From Candidatus Electronema halotolerans (GTDB lineage Bacteria; Desulfobacterota; Desulfobulbia; Desulfobulbales; Desulfobulbaceae): 32,000 nucleotides of DNA. The position numbers and the translations under genes were made by a program. Positions within the stretch are counted from its first letter, which is position 1. The number at the start of each line of letters is the position of its first letter. Below are positions 6,111 through 14,298 of the stretch, piece after piece. The stretch spans positions 270,001 through 302,000 of the forward strand of contig OW818675.1 of the NCBI GenBank assembly GCA_942493095.1. Direction: 5' to 3'. The notes under the pieces were generated by a model that saw only the letters and a list, made by a program, of their open reading frames with translations, was not told the DNA's origin and did not search any database.

Positions 6111-7516
6111 TCCTGATCAACTCCATCAAGGGCCGTCTGCTGCTCTGGATTTTTATTTCTGTCACCATCCTGTTTGCCGGTTTTGGCTATGCCCTGCACC
6201 TCAAGCTCCATTATGTGGTCGAGGAGTCGCTGGACCGGATGCTTCATGCCAATCTCCAGTTTGTCAAGGGGCTGGTGCACAGTCATGACGGCGTGACTAT
6301 TGAGTGCGAGTCCAATGAATTCATGCAGGGGGATTACATGACCCCGGACTCCGGCCACTATTACAAGGTCTTTCTTGACGGCGAGCTGCTCGCGGCGGCA
6401 GATTCCCTGCCGGATAAAAATTTCAATCTCACGCAGGGCGAGCCGCTGGAGCATCATGCCAGAGCCAAGGAATGGGTCTATCAGGCCAAGGGCGCGAACG
6501 GCGAGCCGCTGCGGGTATTGCGGCATGATTTCAAGTTCATGGGCAAAGATGTCCGCATTGAGTTGGCCGAGGATATCAATGAGAGCATGGTGATGATTCA
6601 CCGTCTAAGCAATTACTTCCTGATTGTCACCCCAGTGGTGATTATGCTGATTGCCTTGATCAGCATAACCATCGCCTCCCTGTCGCTGCGGCCTTTGGAT
6701 AGATTTTCTGTCACCTTGGAACAGATCAGTCATAAAAATTTAGATGTCCGGCTGGCGGAACAGACTCAAGTGCGGGAGCTGCAGCGGCTGGCAAAAAAAT
6801 TCAATTCTCTGATGGCCCGGCTCCAGCAGGCTTTTGAGGCGGAAAAGCATCTGCTCGGCGATGCGGCCCATGAACTGAAAACGCCGCTGGCCGTGATCAA
6901 GGCCGAATGCGACATTTCCCTGAGCAGGAGCAGAGCGGCGGATCAGTATGCGGGCAGCCTCAGGGAAGTGCGGACTGTGGCAGACACCATGCTGGAGCAG
7001 ATCAATGGTTTGCTGATACTGACCCGTTTAGATTCCGGCATTTTGGATGCCGGGACCTTTGAGCAGCTTTCTCTGAACAGCTGTGTGGAAAATGCGGTGC
7101 GGATGGCCGAGCCGCTGGCCAAGAAAAAAAACATTGCCATCAGCATTGCCCAGAACAGCGAGCTGACCGTCTTGGGCGACAAGGACACCCTGACTGAGGC
7201 AGTGCTCAATCTTGTTGAAAACGCGATTAAATACAACCACCCTGGCGGCTTTGTCGCGGTCAAGCTGACCAAGCGGGCGGCGATGGCGGAAATCGTGGTC
7301 ATTGACACCGGCATCGGCATCAGCGAGGAGGATCGGACGCGGATTTTTGACCGGTTCTACCGTTCTGCTGAGGCCCGCAATGCGGAAGGAAGCGGCTTGG
7401 GTCTGAGCATAGTCCGAGCCATTGCCCAAACGCATCATGGTGAAATTACTGTTGAAACACCACCAGACGGCGGCAGTCGCTTCATCCTCAAACTGCCGCT
7501 GACTGTCTCAGCTTGA
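6107..7516 (+). CDS. sensor histidine kinase, CusS/CopS-like (two TM segments, periplasmic domain, HAMP, HisKA, HATPase)
   Basis: GTG 6107 overlaps the regulator stop (GTGA). TM1 is LLLWIFISVTILFAGF and TM2 is LIVTPVVIMLIALISITIASL. H-box is AAHELKTPLA, N-box is ENAIKYN, and the G-boxes are DTGIGI and GSGLGLSIV. Confidence 0.92.
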   Translation: MILINSIKGRLLLWIFISVTILFAGFGYALHLKLHYVVEESLDRMLHANLQFVKGLVHSHDGVTIECESNEFMQGDYMTPDSGHYYKVFLDGELLAAADSLPDKNFNLTQGEPLEHHARAKEWVYQAKGANGEPLRVLRHDFKFMGKDVRIELAEDINESMVMIHRLSNYFLIVTPVVIMLIALISITIASLSLRPLDRFSVTLEQISHKNLDVRLAEQTQVRELQRLAKKFNSLMARLQQAFEAEKHLLGDAAHELKTPLAVIKAECDISLSRSRAADQYAGSLREVRTVADTMLEQINGLLILTRLDSGILDAGTFEQLSLNSCVENAVRMAEPLAKKKNIAISIAQNSELTVLGDKDTLTEAVLNLVENAIKYNHPGGFVAVKLTKRAAMAEIVVIDTGIGISEEDRTRIFDRFYRSAEARNAEGSGLGLSIVRAIAQTHHGEITVETPPDGGSRFILKLPLTVSA

Positions 7517-8323
7517 TGACTGGATCCCGCAGCTTTCTCGCTCAAAATCCCGCAGGGCAACAATAGTCGGCTTGTCGCCGCAGACTGGACAGTCAGGCCG
7601 TCGCCGCAGGCTGACCCGGCGGAAATTCATGGTCTTGGCATCAAAGGTCAGGAGCACGTCGGTGAGCAGAATGCCTGCGCCGGTGATGAATTTAAGGGCT
7701 TCCGCAGCTTGAATCGTGCCCAGCATTCCGGCAACCGCGCCCAGCACCCCGGACTGCGAGCAGCTTGGCACGGATTTGGCAGGGGGCGGCTCGTGGAAGC
7801 AGCAGCGGTAGCAGGCTGATTTGCCTGGCAGCACAGTCAAGGTCTGGCCGTCAAAGCGGAGAATGCCGCCGTGCGAGAAAGGAATGCCCGCCATCACGCA
7901 GGCATCGTTGATGAGAAATTTGGTGGCGAAATTGTCGGTGCCGTCGATGACAAAATCATACTGCCGGATGATTTCCTCAATATTGGAGGCATCCAAGTAG
8001 AGCAGCCACGGCTCGACCTTGACATCAGGATTGATGGCCTTGAGCTTGGCCTCAGCAGACTCCACCTTGGGCCGGTCAAGATCAGCGGTGGTGTGAATGA
8101 TCTGCCGCTGGAGATTGGAAATATCGACTGCGTCGGCATCGACCAAACCAATGGTGCCCACGCCTGCGGCGGCAAGATACAAAGAAACCGGCGAACCCAG
8201 TCCGCCGGTGCCCACGACCAGCACTCTTGCCCGCAGCAGCTTGGCCTGTCCTTCCGGCCCCACCTCTTTGAGAATCAGGTGGCGGCTGTAACGGTCCATC
8301 TGCTCGTCAGTCAGATTCAGCAT
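7508..8323 (-). CDS. thiF: ThiF/MoeB-family adenylyltransferase (E1-like)
   Basis: Motifs are RYSRHLIL, VLVVGTGGLGSPVSLYLAAAGVG and NLQRQIIH, with Zn-site Cys pairs CYRCC and CPVCG. I prefer ATG 8323 (GAGGTG upstream) to the track's TTG 8374, which lacks an SD. The 3' end overlaps the kinase stop convergently by 9 nt. Confidence 0.85.
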   Translation of the reverse strand: MLNLTDEQMDRYSRHLILKEVGPEGQAKLLRARVLVVGTGGLGSPVSLYLAAAGVGTIGLVDADAVDISNLQRQIIHTTADLDRPKVESAEAKLKAINPDVKVEPWLLYLDASNIEEIIRQYDFVIDGTDNFATKFLINDACVMAGIPFSHGGILRFDGQTLTVLPGKSACYRCCFHEPPPAKSVPSCSQSGVLGAVAGMLGTIQAAEALKFITGAGILLTDVLLTFDAKTMNFRRVSLRRRPDCPVCGDKPTIVALRDFERESCGIQSSS

Positions 8324-8439
8324 GGACACCTCATCAAAGGCAGGACAGGTCTGGTGCGAGCAGTCATTTTTCAAATCAAGTAGTTGGGCCGACAGCAGTG
8401 CTGGCCGCCGTCGGCCCTTGTCAAAAAAAGAAGGTTGAA

Positions 8440-8646
8440 TCAGCCTCCGGCCATGAAATAAAGGAGGTCCACTTGGTTTCTGTCGCCGACCACGGTGTCA
8501 TGATAGGCGCCGCGATGCACGATTTCGCCGTCAATTTGCACAGCCACCATTTCCGGCGACATGACTTGCTCCATCTCCAGCAGTCCGGCCACCGTCAGAT
8601 GCGGCACCTCAATGAAGCGGGACTCTCCGTTCAACCTGATTTCCAT
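8440..8646 (-). CDS. thiS: ThiS/MoaD-family sulfur-carrier protein (C-terminal GG)
   Basis: Internal ATG 8646 with GGAGGAG upstream. The 68-aa product is MEIRLNGE...DLLYFMAGG and ends in Gly-Gly. It lies next to the E1-like gene. Confidence 0.75.
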   Translation of the reverse strand: MEIRLNGESRFIEVPHLTVAGLLEMEQVMSPEMVAVQIDGEIVHRGAYHDTVVGDRNQVDLLYFMAGG

Positions 8647-8920
8647 AATTTTTCTCCTCCAGAAAATTAATGGCGCATGGGGTTTCAGCCATACTCCGCA
8701 TAATCGAAAAATTACACGGACATATATTATAATTACTACAATGCGGCAGCCCTGCATGTCAAGGAGAAAAAACCAATTTCCTGATTATCATTCCTGACAG
8801 CCCGGCAGCAGAGCCTCCTCTCCGCTGAAAATACAATTTATGATACTCTGAAACAGGCCGCACTGCAAGATTTGAACTAACTGCTGCATTTTTGTTGCTC
8901 AGGGAGGAGAAGCACCCAAG

Positions 8921-9655
8921 TCAGCGCAGCAGGGCGCGGGCATTGAGCGGCTGGACTGGACGGTTGTTCGGGCCGCCCATGACCTCAGTGAACTGCTTGA
9001 CCTGAGCCTTGGAGACCATGACCGGATTGCGCAGAATCAGCCAGAGCACGCCTTCTGTGCAGGGCGGCGTGGTCAGCGAGCCGTTCAAGCGCAGATAGTC
9101 GCGTTTTTCCGGCAGCAGCCCTTCGGCCCGGACACGGGCGGCCATGTCCTCCTCTTGGCCCGCCTTTTTTGGCATCTGCCGCCAGAGCTTTTTCAGCTCA
9201 GGATTTTCCTTGCCATAGTCATAGAGCACGGCCAGCACCGCCAGATGCCCGTCCGCATCAGCATGAACAAAATGCCCCTCCAGCGGAAAATGCTCGCCTT
9301 TGACCTGATGCTCGCTCGGGGCATGAAAATGAATCTGCTTCAGCTGATAGGTTCTGCCATTGACCGTCAGCGTTGAGCCTGCGGCATAGTCGGCCTGAAT
9401 GGAGTGGCCGTTGTTCTTGATCCTGATGACCAAGCCGTTGTAATCAAAGGTCAGCGGCTCCAGCTCCGCCTCAAGGCAGCCGGTCAGATTGACCGGCGAC
9501 TGGTTGACCCCCTTGGCGCAGAGATTGTAGGCCGGATCCAGCCCGGCCCAATGCTCCGGCCCAGTTTTGCCAGCATAGCTCCAATGCCCTTCGGAGGCTG
9601 CCGCTGTTCCGGCCAGCAGCAGAGCCAGCGCAGCGGCAGACAGCATTCTCTTCAT
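8921..9655 (-). CDS. alpha-class carbonic anhydrase, periplasmic
   Basis: Signal peptide MKRMLSAAALALLLAGTAAA. Hallmark motifs are HWSYAGKTGPEHW, QSPVNL and QIHFHAPSEHQVKGEHFPLEGHFVH. Confidence 0.9.
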   Translation of the reverse strand: MKRMLSAAALALLLAGTAAASEGHWSYAGKTGPEHWAGLDPAYNLCAKGVNQSPVNLTGCLEAELEPLTFDYNGLVIRIKNNGHSIQADYAAGSTLTVNGRTYQLKQIHFHAPSEHQVKGEHFPLEGHFVHADADGHLAVLAVLYDYGKENPELKKLWRQMPKKAGQEEDMAARVRAEGLLPEKRDYLRLNGSLTTPPCTEGVLWLILRNPVMVSKAQVKQFTEVMGGPNNRPVQPLNARALLR

Positions 9656-9670
9656 TGTTGTTCTCCTGAA

Positions 9671-10675
9671 TCAGATGGCCTTGTTGGCCTCCATGTGCAG
9701 GACCAAGTCCAGCATCCGGTTGGAATAGCCCCATTCATTGTCATACCAGCTCATGACCTTGACAGTGCTGCCCAAGACCCGGGTGCAGAGACCATCAACA
9801 ATGGAGGAATGCGGATCACCCTGAAAATCAATCGAAACCAGCGGCTCCTCGCAGTAGCGCAGATAGCGGTTGGCCGCCTCCTGCAAGGCTTTGTTGACCT
9901 CAGCGACTGTGGTTTCCTGTTCCACCTCCATGACTGCGTCAACCAGAGAGACATTGGGGGTGGGCACCCGCACGGCCAAGCCGTCAAACTTGTTCTTCAG
10001 CTCCGGGATGACCAAGGCCACTGCCGAGGCCGCGCCGGTTTTGGTCGGAATCATGGACAGGGCTGCGGCCCGCGCCCGGCGCAGGTCAGAATGGGGAAAA
10101 TCAAGCAGCCGTTGGTCGCCGGTGTAGGCATGAACCGTGGTCATCAGGCCGCGCTTGATGCCGAAATTGTCCAAGATCACCCGCGCCATTGGAGCCAGGC
10201 AGTTGGTGGTGCAGGAGGCATTGGAGACCACATGATGCACGGTTGGATCGTACTCGTCCTCGTTCACGCCCATGACAATGGTCTTGATCGCGCCCTTGGC
10301 CGGAGCCGAGATGATCACCTTGGCCGCGCCTGCGTCAATATGGGCTTTGGCTGAGTCCTCGTCCCGGAAGATGCCCGTGCATTCGAGCACATACTCAGCA
10401 CCTGCCTCGCCCCAGGGGATGTCTGCCGGGTTGCGGTGGTTGCTGACTGGAATTTCCTTGCCATTGACAAAGATGCTGCGCTCGCCGACCGTGACCTCCG
10501 CCTTGAATCTGCCCATGATCGAGTCATATTTGAGCAGATGGGCGATGGTCTTGACATCGGTGAGATCATTGATGCCGACCACTTCGATGTCAGCAAATTC
10601 CTTGTCCTCGCTGATTGCCCGGAAGATGTTCCTGCCGATCCGGCCCAGCCCGTTGATGCCTATTTTGATGCTCAT
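9671..10675 (-). CDS. gap: glyceraldehyde-3-phosphate dehydrogenase, type I
   Basis: Motifs are IGINGLGRIGRNIFR, SNASCTTNCLAP and WYDNEWGYSNR. Confidence 0.97.
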   Translation of the reverse strand: MSIKIGINGLGRIGRNIFRAISEDKEFADIEVVGINDLTDVKTIAHLLKYDSIMGRFKAEVTVGERSIFVNGKEIPVSNHRNPADIPWGEAGAEYVLECTGIFRDEDSAKAHIDAGAAKVIISAPAKGAIKTIVMGVNEDEYDPTVHHVVSNASCTTNCLAPMARVILDNFGIKRGLMTTVHAYTGDQRLLDFPHSDLRRARAAALSMIPTKTGAASAVALVIPELKNKFDGLAVRVPTPNVSLVDAVMEVEQETTVAEVNKALQEAANRYLRYCEEPLVSIDFQGDPHSSIVDGLCTRVLGSTVKVMSWYDNEWGYSNRMLDLVLHMEANKAI

Positions 10676-10734
10676 GGCCTTGCTCCTTTTTTGTGATGAT
10701 TTGTGCCGCCGTGTCCGGCTGACCCGGAAAATGA

Positions 10735-12645
10735 TTACAGAAATGCCGCCCGGAAGTCAACAACTTTCTTCGGCAGGCTGCAGCAGCGGGATTCATGTTC
10801 CTCTATCGTGCGGAGGAGCACGCCGCTCAGATCCTCTGCCGTGTAAAAGTCGCTTTTATAGACCCGCTTGCCGTCTGGCGCAAAAACAACCAAAAGCGGG
10901 ATGCTCAGGCTGCCTGCCTGCCGGAGCATCTCCCGGCCCGGCGGATTGCTGCCCGTGATGTCAACCTTCATCGGCACCACCTCATCCCGGTTGAGCAGGC
11001 GGACGATTTTCGGGCTGTCCAGCACGCCCTGCTCCAGTGCCTTGCAGTTCAGGCACCACTCGGCAGTGAAGACCATGACCACAGCCTTGTCTTGAGCGCG
11101 GGCCTGCTCAAGGCGTTCCGGGCTGTAATAGACCCAGTTGATTGGCCCTTGGTCGGTCAGATTGACGGCACCATATCCTGAGATGACGATCAGCAGCAGG
11201 CCAAGGCCCATGAAAAAAACTTTCAAGGGGCCGCCAGAGGCAATCCGAAAGGTGCGCCAGAAGAGCCAGCCGCCTGCGGTCGTAGAACAGGCCATCACCA
11301 GCCACCAATGCTGTTTGTCTGGCGGATCAGTCGGTGAGGTCAGCAGCGTTTCCGTGCCAATGCCGATGAAATACACTGCCGCCGCCAGCATGAGCAGGCC
11401 CATGACCTGTTTGACCAAGACGCTGGCCGGACCGCTGCGGGGCATTTTTTCGACTAAATGCGGGGCAGCGGAGAGCAGCAGGTAGGGCAGGGCCATGCCT
11501 GAGCCAATGGCGGCAAAAACAGCCAAGGTGGCGGTCGGCGGTCTGGTCGCAGCCCATGCCGCAGCCGCGCCCATGAACGGAGCTGTGCAAGGGGTTGACA
11601 GCACTGCCGCCAAAATGCCTAAGCCAAAGGAACCGTGCAGGCTGTCCTGTTCCGGGTGGATCAAATAAAGCCACTGTGGCAGGGGCAGGGAAAAAAAGTC
11701 AAACATGCCCAAAGCCATGACCCCGATGACCACGCCCACAGCAATGGTGAAGGCTGGATATTGAAAAAGCTGGTTGGTGGCACTGAAGCCGCTCACCAAG
11801 GCGATCAGGCCGCCCAAGAGCAGCCAGAAGGCCAAGACCCCCAAGGACATGGCCGTGCCCAGCAGCAGGCACTGCCGCCGGTCTTTCGCCGCGTATGACA
11901 GGCTGATGATCTTGATCGGAATCAGCGGCAGGACGCAGGGGGTGAAATTGAGAAGCAGACCGCCAAGGGCGGCAATGCTCAACAGGAGCAGCATTCCAGC
12001 CCAAGAAGAGCCGTTGACCGCGAACTTCCAGCCGAAAACCCGGAAATGAATCTGGTCATGGGAAGAAGCAGAAGCAAGCCGCTGCGGATTGTATCCGGCA
12101 AACAGCTCCTGATTGACCGGCTGCGGGACCGCTACAGGATCAACAATCTCCAACGAGGTTTCCAAGCGGATCGTCTGCGGCAGCAGGCAATGATTTTCCG
12201 TGCAGGCCTGATAGGTAAAGTTCAAGCTCAGACTTGGCCGTGCGCCCGGAGCAAGGTTGTCGGCAAATTTGACTGGCAGATAGATGACAGCCTGCCCGGA
12301 AAAGGACATCAGGCCGTTCTTGGCATATTGCGCTTTGAACCGCGCCGCCGCCGGATAGAGCGGGCTTTCCGTGAGCAGTCCTTCATCCGCCTTGATCACG
12401 GAAAGCTGGCTGGGATAAGGCGTGAAGAAATCAGCCGCAGGTTTGAGCTGGCGGGCATCCGCGTTGATATGGAAGCCGTCTTGAATCTGGACGGCAATGG
12501 CCAGAGCCAAGGCATCACCGGGCCGGGCGCGGTCAACAGACCAGTATGGCACTGCTTTGACTGGTTCGGCGGCAAAGACAGTTTGTGGCAGAAAAACTGC
12601 GACCAGCATGGCTGTCAGCAGCAGTTTGTAAAAAAAATTATTCAT
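10735..12645 (-). CDS. dsbD: thiol:disulfide interchange protein DsbD-like (alpha domain, CcdA-type membrane core, C-terminal thioredoxin)
   Basis: I prefer ATG 12645, which gives the signal peptide MNNFFYKLLLTAMLVAVFLPQTVFA. The membrane core carries the conserved Cys-Pro contexts NFTPCVLPLIP and LSTPCTAPFMG. The C-terminal thioredoxin fold contains WCLNCK. Confidence 0.88.
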   Translation of the reverse strand: MNNFFYKLLLTAMLVAVFLPQTVFAAEPVKAVPYWSVDRARPGDALALAIAVQIQDGFHINADARQLKPAADFFTPYPSQLSVIKADEGLLTESPLYPAAARFKAQYAKNGLMSFSGQAVIYLPVKFADNLAPGARPSLSLNFTYQACTENHCLLPQTIRLETSLEIVDPVAVPQPVNQELFAGYNPQRLASASSHDQIHFRVFGWKFAVNGSSWAGMLLLLSIAALGGLLLNFTPCVLPLIPIKIISLSYAAKDRRQCLLLGTAMSLGVLAFWLLLGGLIALVSGFSATNQLFQYPAFTIAVGVVIGVMALGMFDFFSLPLPQWLYLIHPEQDSLHGSFGLGILAAVLSTPCTAPFMGAAAAWAATRPPTATLAVFAAIGSGMALPYLLLSAAPHLVEKMPRSGPASVLVKQVMGLLMLAAAVYFIGIGTETLLTSPTDPPDKQHWWLVMACSTTAGGWLFWRTFRIASGGPLKVFFMGLGLLLIVISGYGAVNLTDQGPINWVYYSPERLEQARAQDKAVVMVFTAEWCLNCKALEQGVLDSPKIVRLLNRDEVVPMKVDITGSNPPGREMLRQAGSLSIPLLVVFAPDGKRVYKSDFYTAEDLSGVLLRTIEEHESRCCSLPKKVVDFRAAFL

Positions 12646-12732
12646 AACGGATACGACCGCTTGCGCACTTGAACTGCGCCGCTGCTGCGGGCAGGTCCAG
12701 CAAAAACTGAAAGGAATCAGCAAAAGAGGAGA

Positions 12733-13056
12733 TCAGCTTCCCCGTTTTTTGATTTCATTGAGAATTGTCAGGCCGACCCGGAAATACGGAGATTCTTCGC
12801 TTTTGACGCGCTCGTAAAAATCACAGTGCTGACAGTCGCCAAACTTCTCGGCATAGCTGCCCTGCCGATGGCCCTTGCAGAGCGAGCCAGTCACCACCCA
12901 GCAGCAGCGTCCGCCGTTGCTGCCCTGATGAATGCCGTCGGCCCGTGTTTCCGTGGCCACCGGGCAGACACCCAGTTCAGCGGCCTTGGCCCCGCCAGGC
13001 TCCCGTCCGCACTGCTTGAATTCCCAGCAGTTGAGCTTTTTCTTTGTATCGTCCAT
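12733..13056 (-). CDS. stand-alone Cys-rich 'two-CW' domain protein
   Basis: 107 aa with NCWEFKQCGREPGG, GVCPV, GGRCCWVVTGSLCKG and GDCQHCDFY. It has eight Cys and two CW motifs, matching the two-CW domain pattern as I remember it. Confidence 0.6.
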   Translation of the reverse strand: MDDTKKKLNCWEFKQCGREPGGAKAAELGVCPVATETRADGIHQGSNGGRCCWVVTGSLCKGHRQGSYAEKFGDCQHCDFYERVKSEESPYFRVGLTILNEIKKRGS

Positions 13057-13159
13057 CTGCGCCTTTCAGCATGAGTTGAGCAGACCTGTTTTCAGAGATG
13101 GTATTGTAAACAGTGTCAGGGGAAAGATCAAGACTTTGCTGCTGCCCAGCAGGCAGGCG

Positions 13160-13197
13160 AAAAAAAGCCGCCGGTCGCGAGGGGGACGACCGGCGGC
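13160..13197 (-). terminator. rho-independent terminator of ompW
   Basis: On the minus strand, GCCGCCGGTCG pairs with CGACCGGCGGC (11-bp perfect stem, plus-strand coordinates 13167-13177 and 13187-13197), followed by TTTTTTT (13160-13166). Confidence 0.75.
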
Positions 13198-13219
13198 AGA
13201 GGAGGATGTTGCAGCAGGA

Positions 13220-13942
13220 TCAGAACTTATACGCAAGAGCAACGTTGAAGACCCAGGGGTCAATATCAACATCCACTTCGTGAGTGGTGCCGAGATCAGT
13301 TCGCAGCGTGGCAGTGGTGTCAATATCCACATACCAGACAGCAGCATTCAGGTACCAGTTGTCTTTGAGCTGCACATCCATGCCAGCCTGCGCAGCCAAA
13401 CCAATCGAGTCATCCAGCTCCATGTCAACAGATTTCACTCCGCCCAGTCCGGCAGTGGTCGGCAGGGTGTTGAGTGTTTTGAGCAGACTGCCATCCACTT
13501 CTTCGGAGAAGAACATGGTGTAGTTGAGGCCCAAGCCGACATAAGGCTGGAAGCGGGAGCCTTTGGTGTCAAAATAATACTGAAGCGACAAAGTGGGCGG
13601 CAGATGGCTGGCTTCACCCACAGTGACACCGCTCAGATCGCCTTCGCCGACAATGTCATGGGTGAAGGGCGTGGCGGCCAGCAGTTCAAGTCCGATTCTG
13701 TCCCGGAGCATATACACGCCGGTGACACTGAGCTGGCTGTCGTTCTCCACATCCACTCTGGCATTGTTCACACCGTCCGGCAGGCCGGAAACCGCGCCGC
13801 TGTCGCCGGAAGGCACAACTGTGACCACACCGGCCCGGACTAGAATATCGCCTTGTTCGTGAGCCATGCCTGCTGTTGCCATGCCAAGGGACAATCCAGC
13901 AACCGCCGCAAAAACACAAATTTTTTTCACGTTCTTCATCAT
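13220..13942 (-). CDS. ompW: outer membrane protein OmpW
   Basis: A signal peptide is present. The sequence GLELLAATPFTHDI, HLPPTLSLQYYF, FQPYVGLGLNYTMFF, WYVDIDTTA and DPWVFNVALAYKF closely tracks E. coli OmpW. Confidence 0.93.
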   Translation of the reverse strand: MMKNVKKICVFAAVAGLSLGMATAGMAHEQGDILVRAGVVTVVPSGDSGAVSGLPDGVNNARVDVENDSQLSVTGVYMLRDRIGLELLAATPFTHDIVGEGDLSGVTVGEASHLPPTLSLQYYFDTKGSRFQPYVGLGLNYTMFFSEEVDGSLLKTLNTLPTTAGLGGVKSVDMELDDSIGLAAQAGMDVQLKDNWYLNAAVWYVDIDTTATLRTDLGTTHEVDVDIDPWVFNVALAYKF

Positions 13943-14298
13943 GTTCCTCCACCCGTCAAACTAGTAATGACGACCTCTGTTTTCAACGAAAACTCAGAGT
14001 CTTGCATCCCGTTCCTTATTGAATTGTCCATGATGGAACGCCGCTTGTCAAGCGGCAAATTCAAGGAAAGAAAAAAAGAGGCGCGTCAACCTTGTCAGCC
14101 ACTTTTTCCGAGCCTGAGCAATACCGAAACCACTGGCCCGAACCCGGCTTTTTCATTTTACAACTTTTCAACTCGCGGCTGGTCGGGTAGAATGCCAAGG
14201 CAGTCCGCCCGGACCGCATCGGTTTCCTTCAGCCGGTTCCTTGGGTGCATCCGCATCATGCGCGCATGATGGCTCCAAACAGTTTCAAGAGGTTTTTT

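Noticed and set aside
8647-8920. An expected TPP riboswitch upstream of the thiS-like gene.
   Set aside because: I could not find the conserved CTGAGA / ACCTGATCTGGATAATGCCAGCG-type elements on the minus strand. Only an AT-rich TATAAT-containing stretch is present.
9404-10354. 316-aa plus-strand ORF across the carbonic anhydrase and gap genes. The same applies to similar antisense ORFs at 10272-10958, 12046-12672, 12932-13843, 15989-17341, 22999-23946, 24201-24806, 27901-28938, 29974-30549 and 4302-4928.
   Set aside because: All lie opposite confidently identified genes and show low-complexity Arg/Ala/Gly/Pro-rich translations without motifs.
13853-14269. 138-aa plus-strand ORF in the ompW-accC intergenic region.
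   Set aside because: It overlaps the ompW start in antisense, has no SD, and its sequence looks non-protein-like. The region more likely holds the divergent promoters, for example TTTTCA-17-TAGAAT at 14165-14193.
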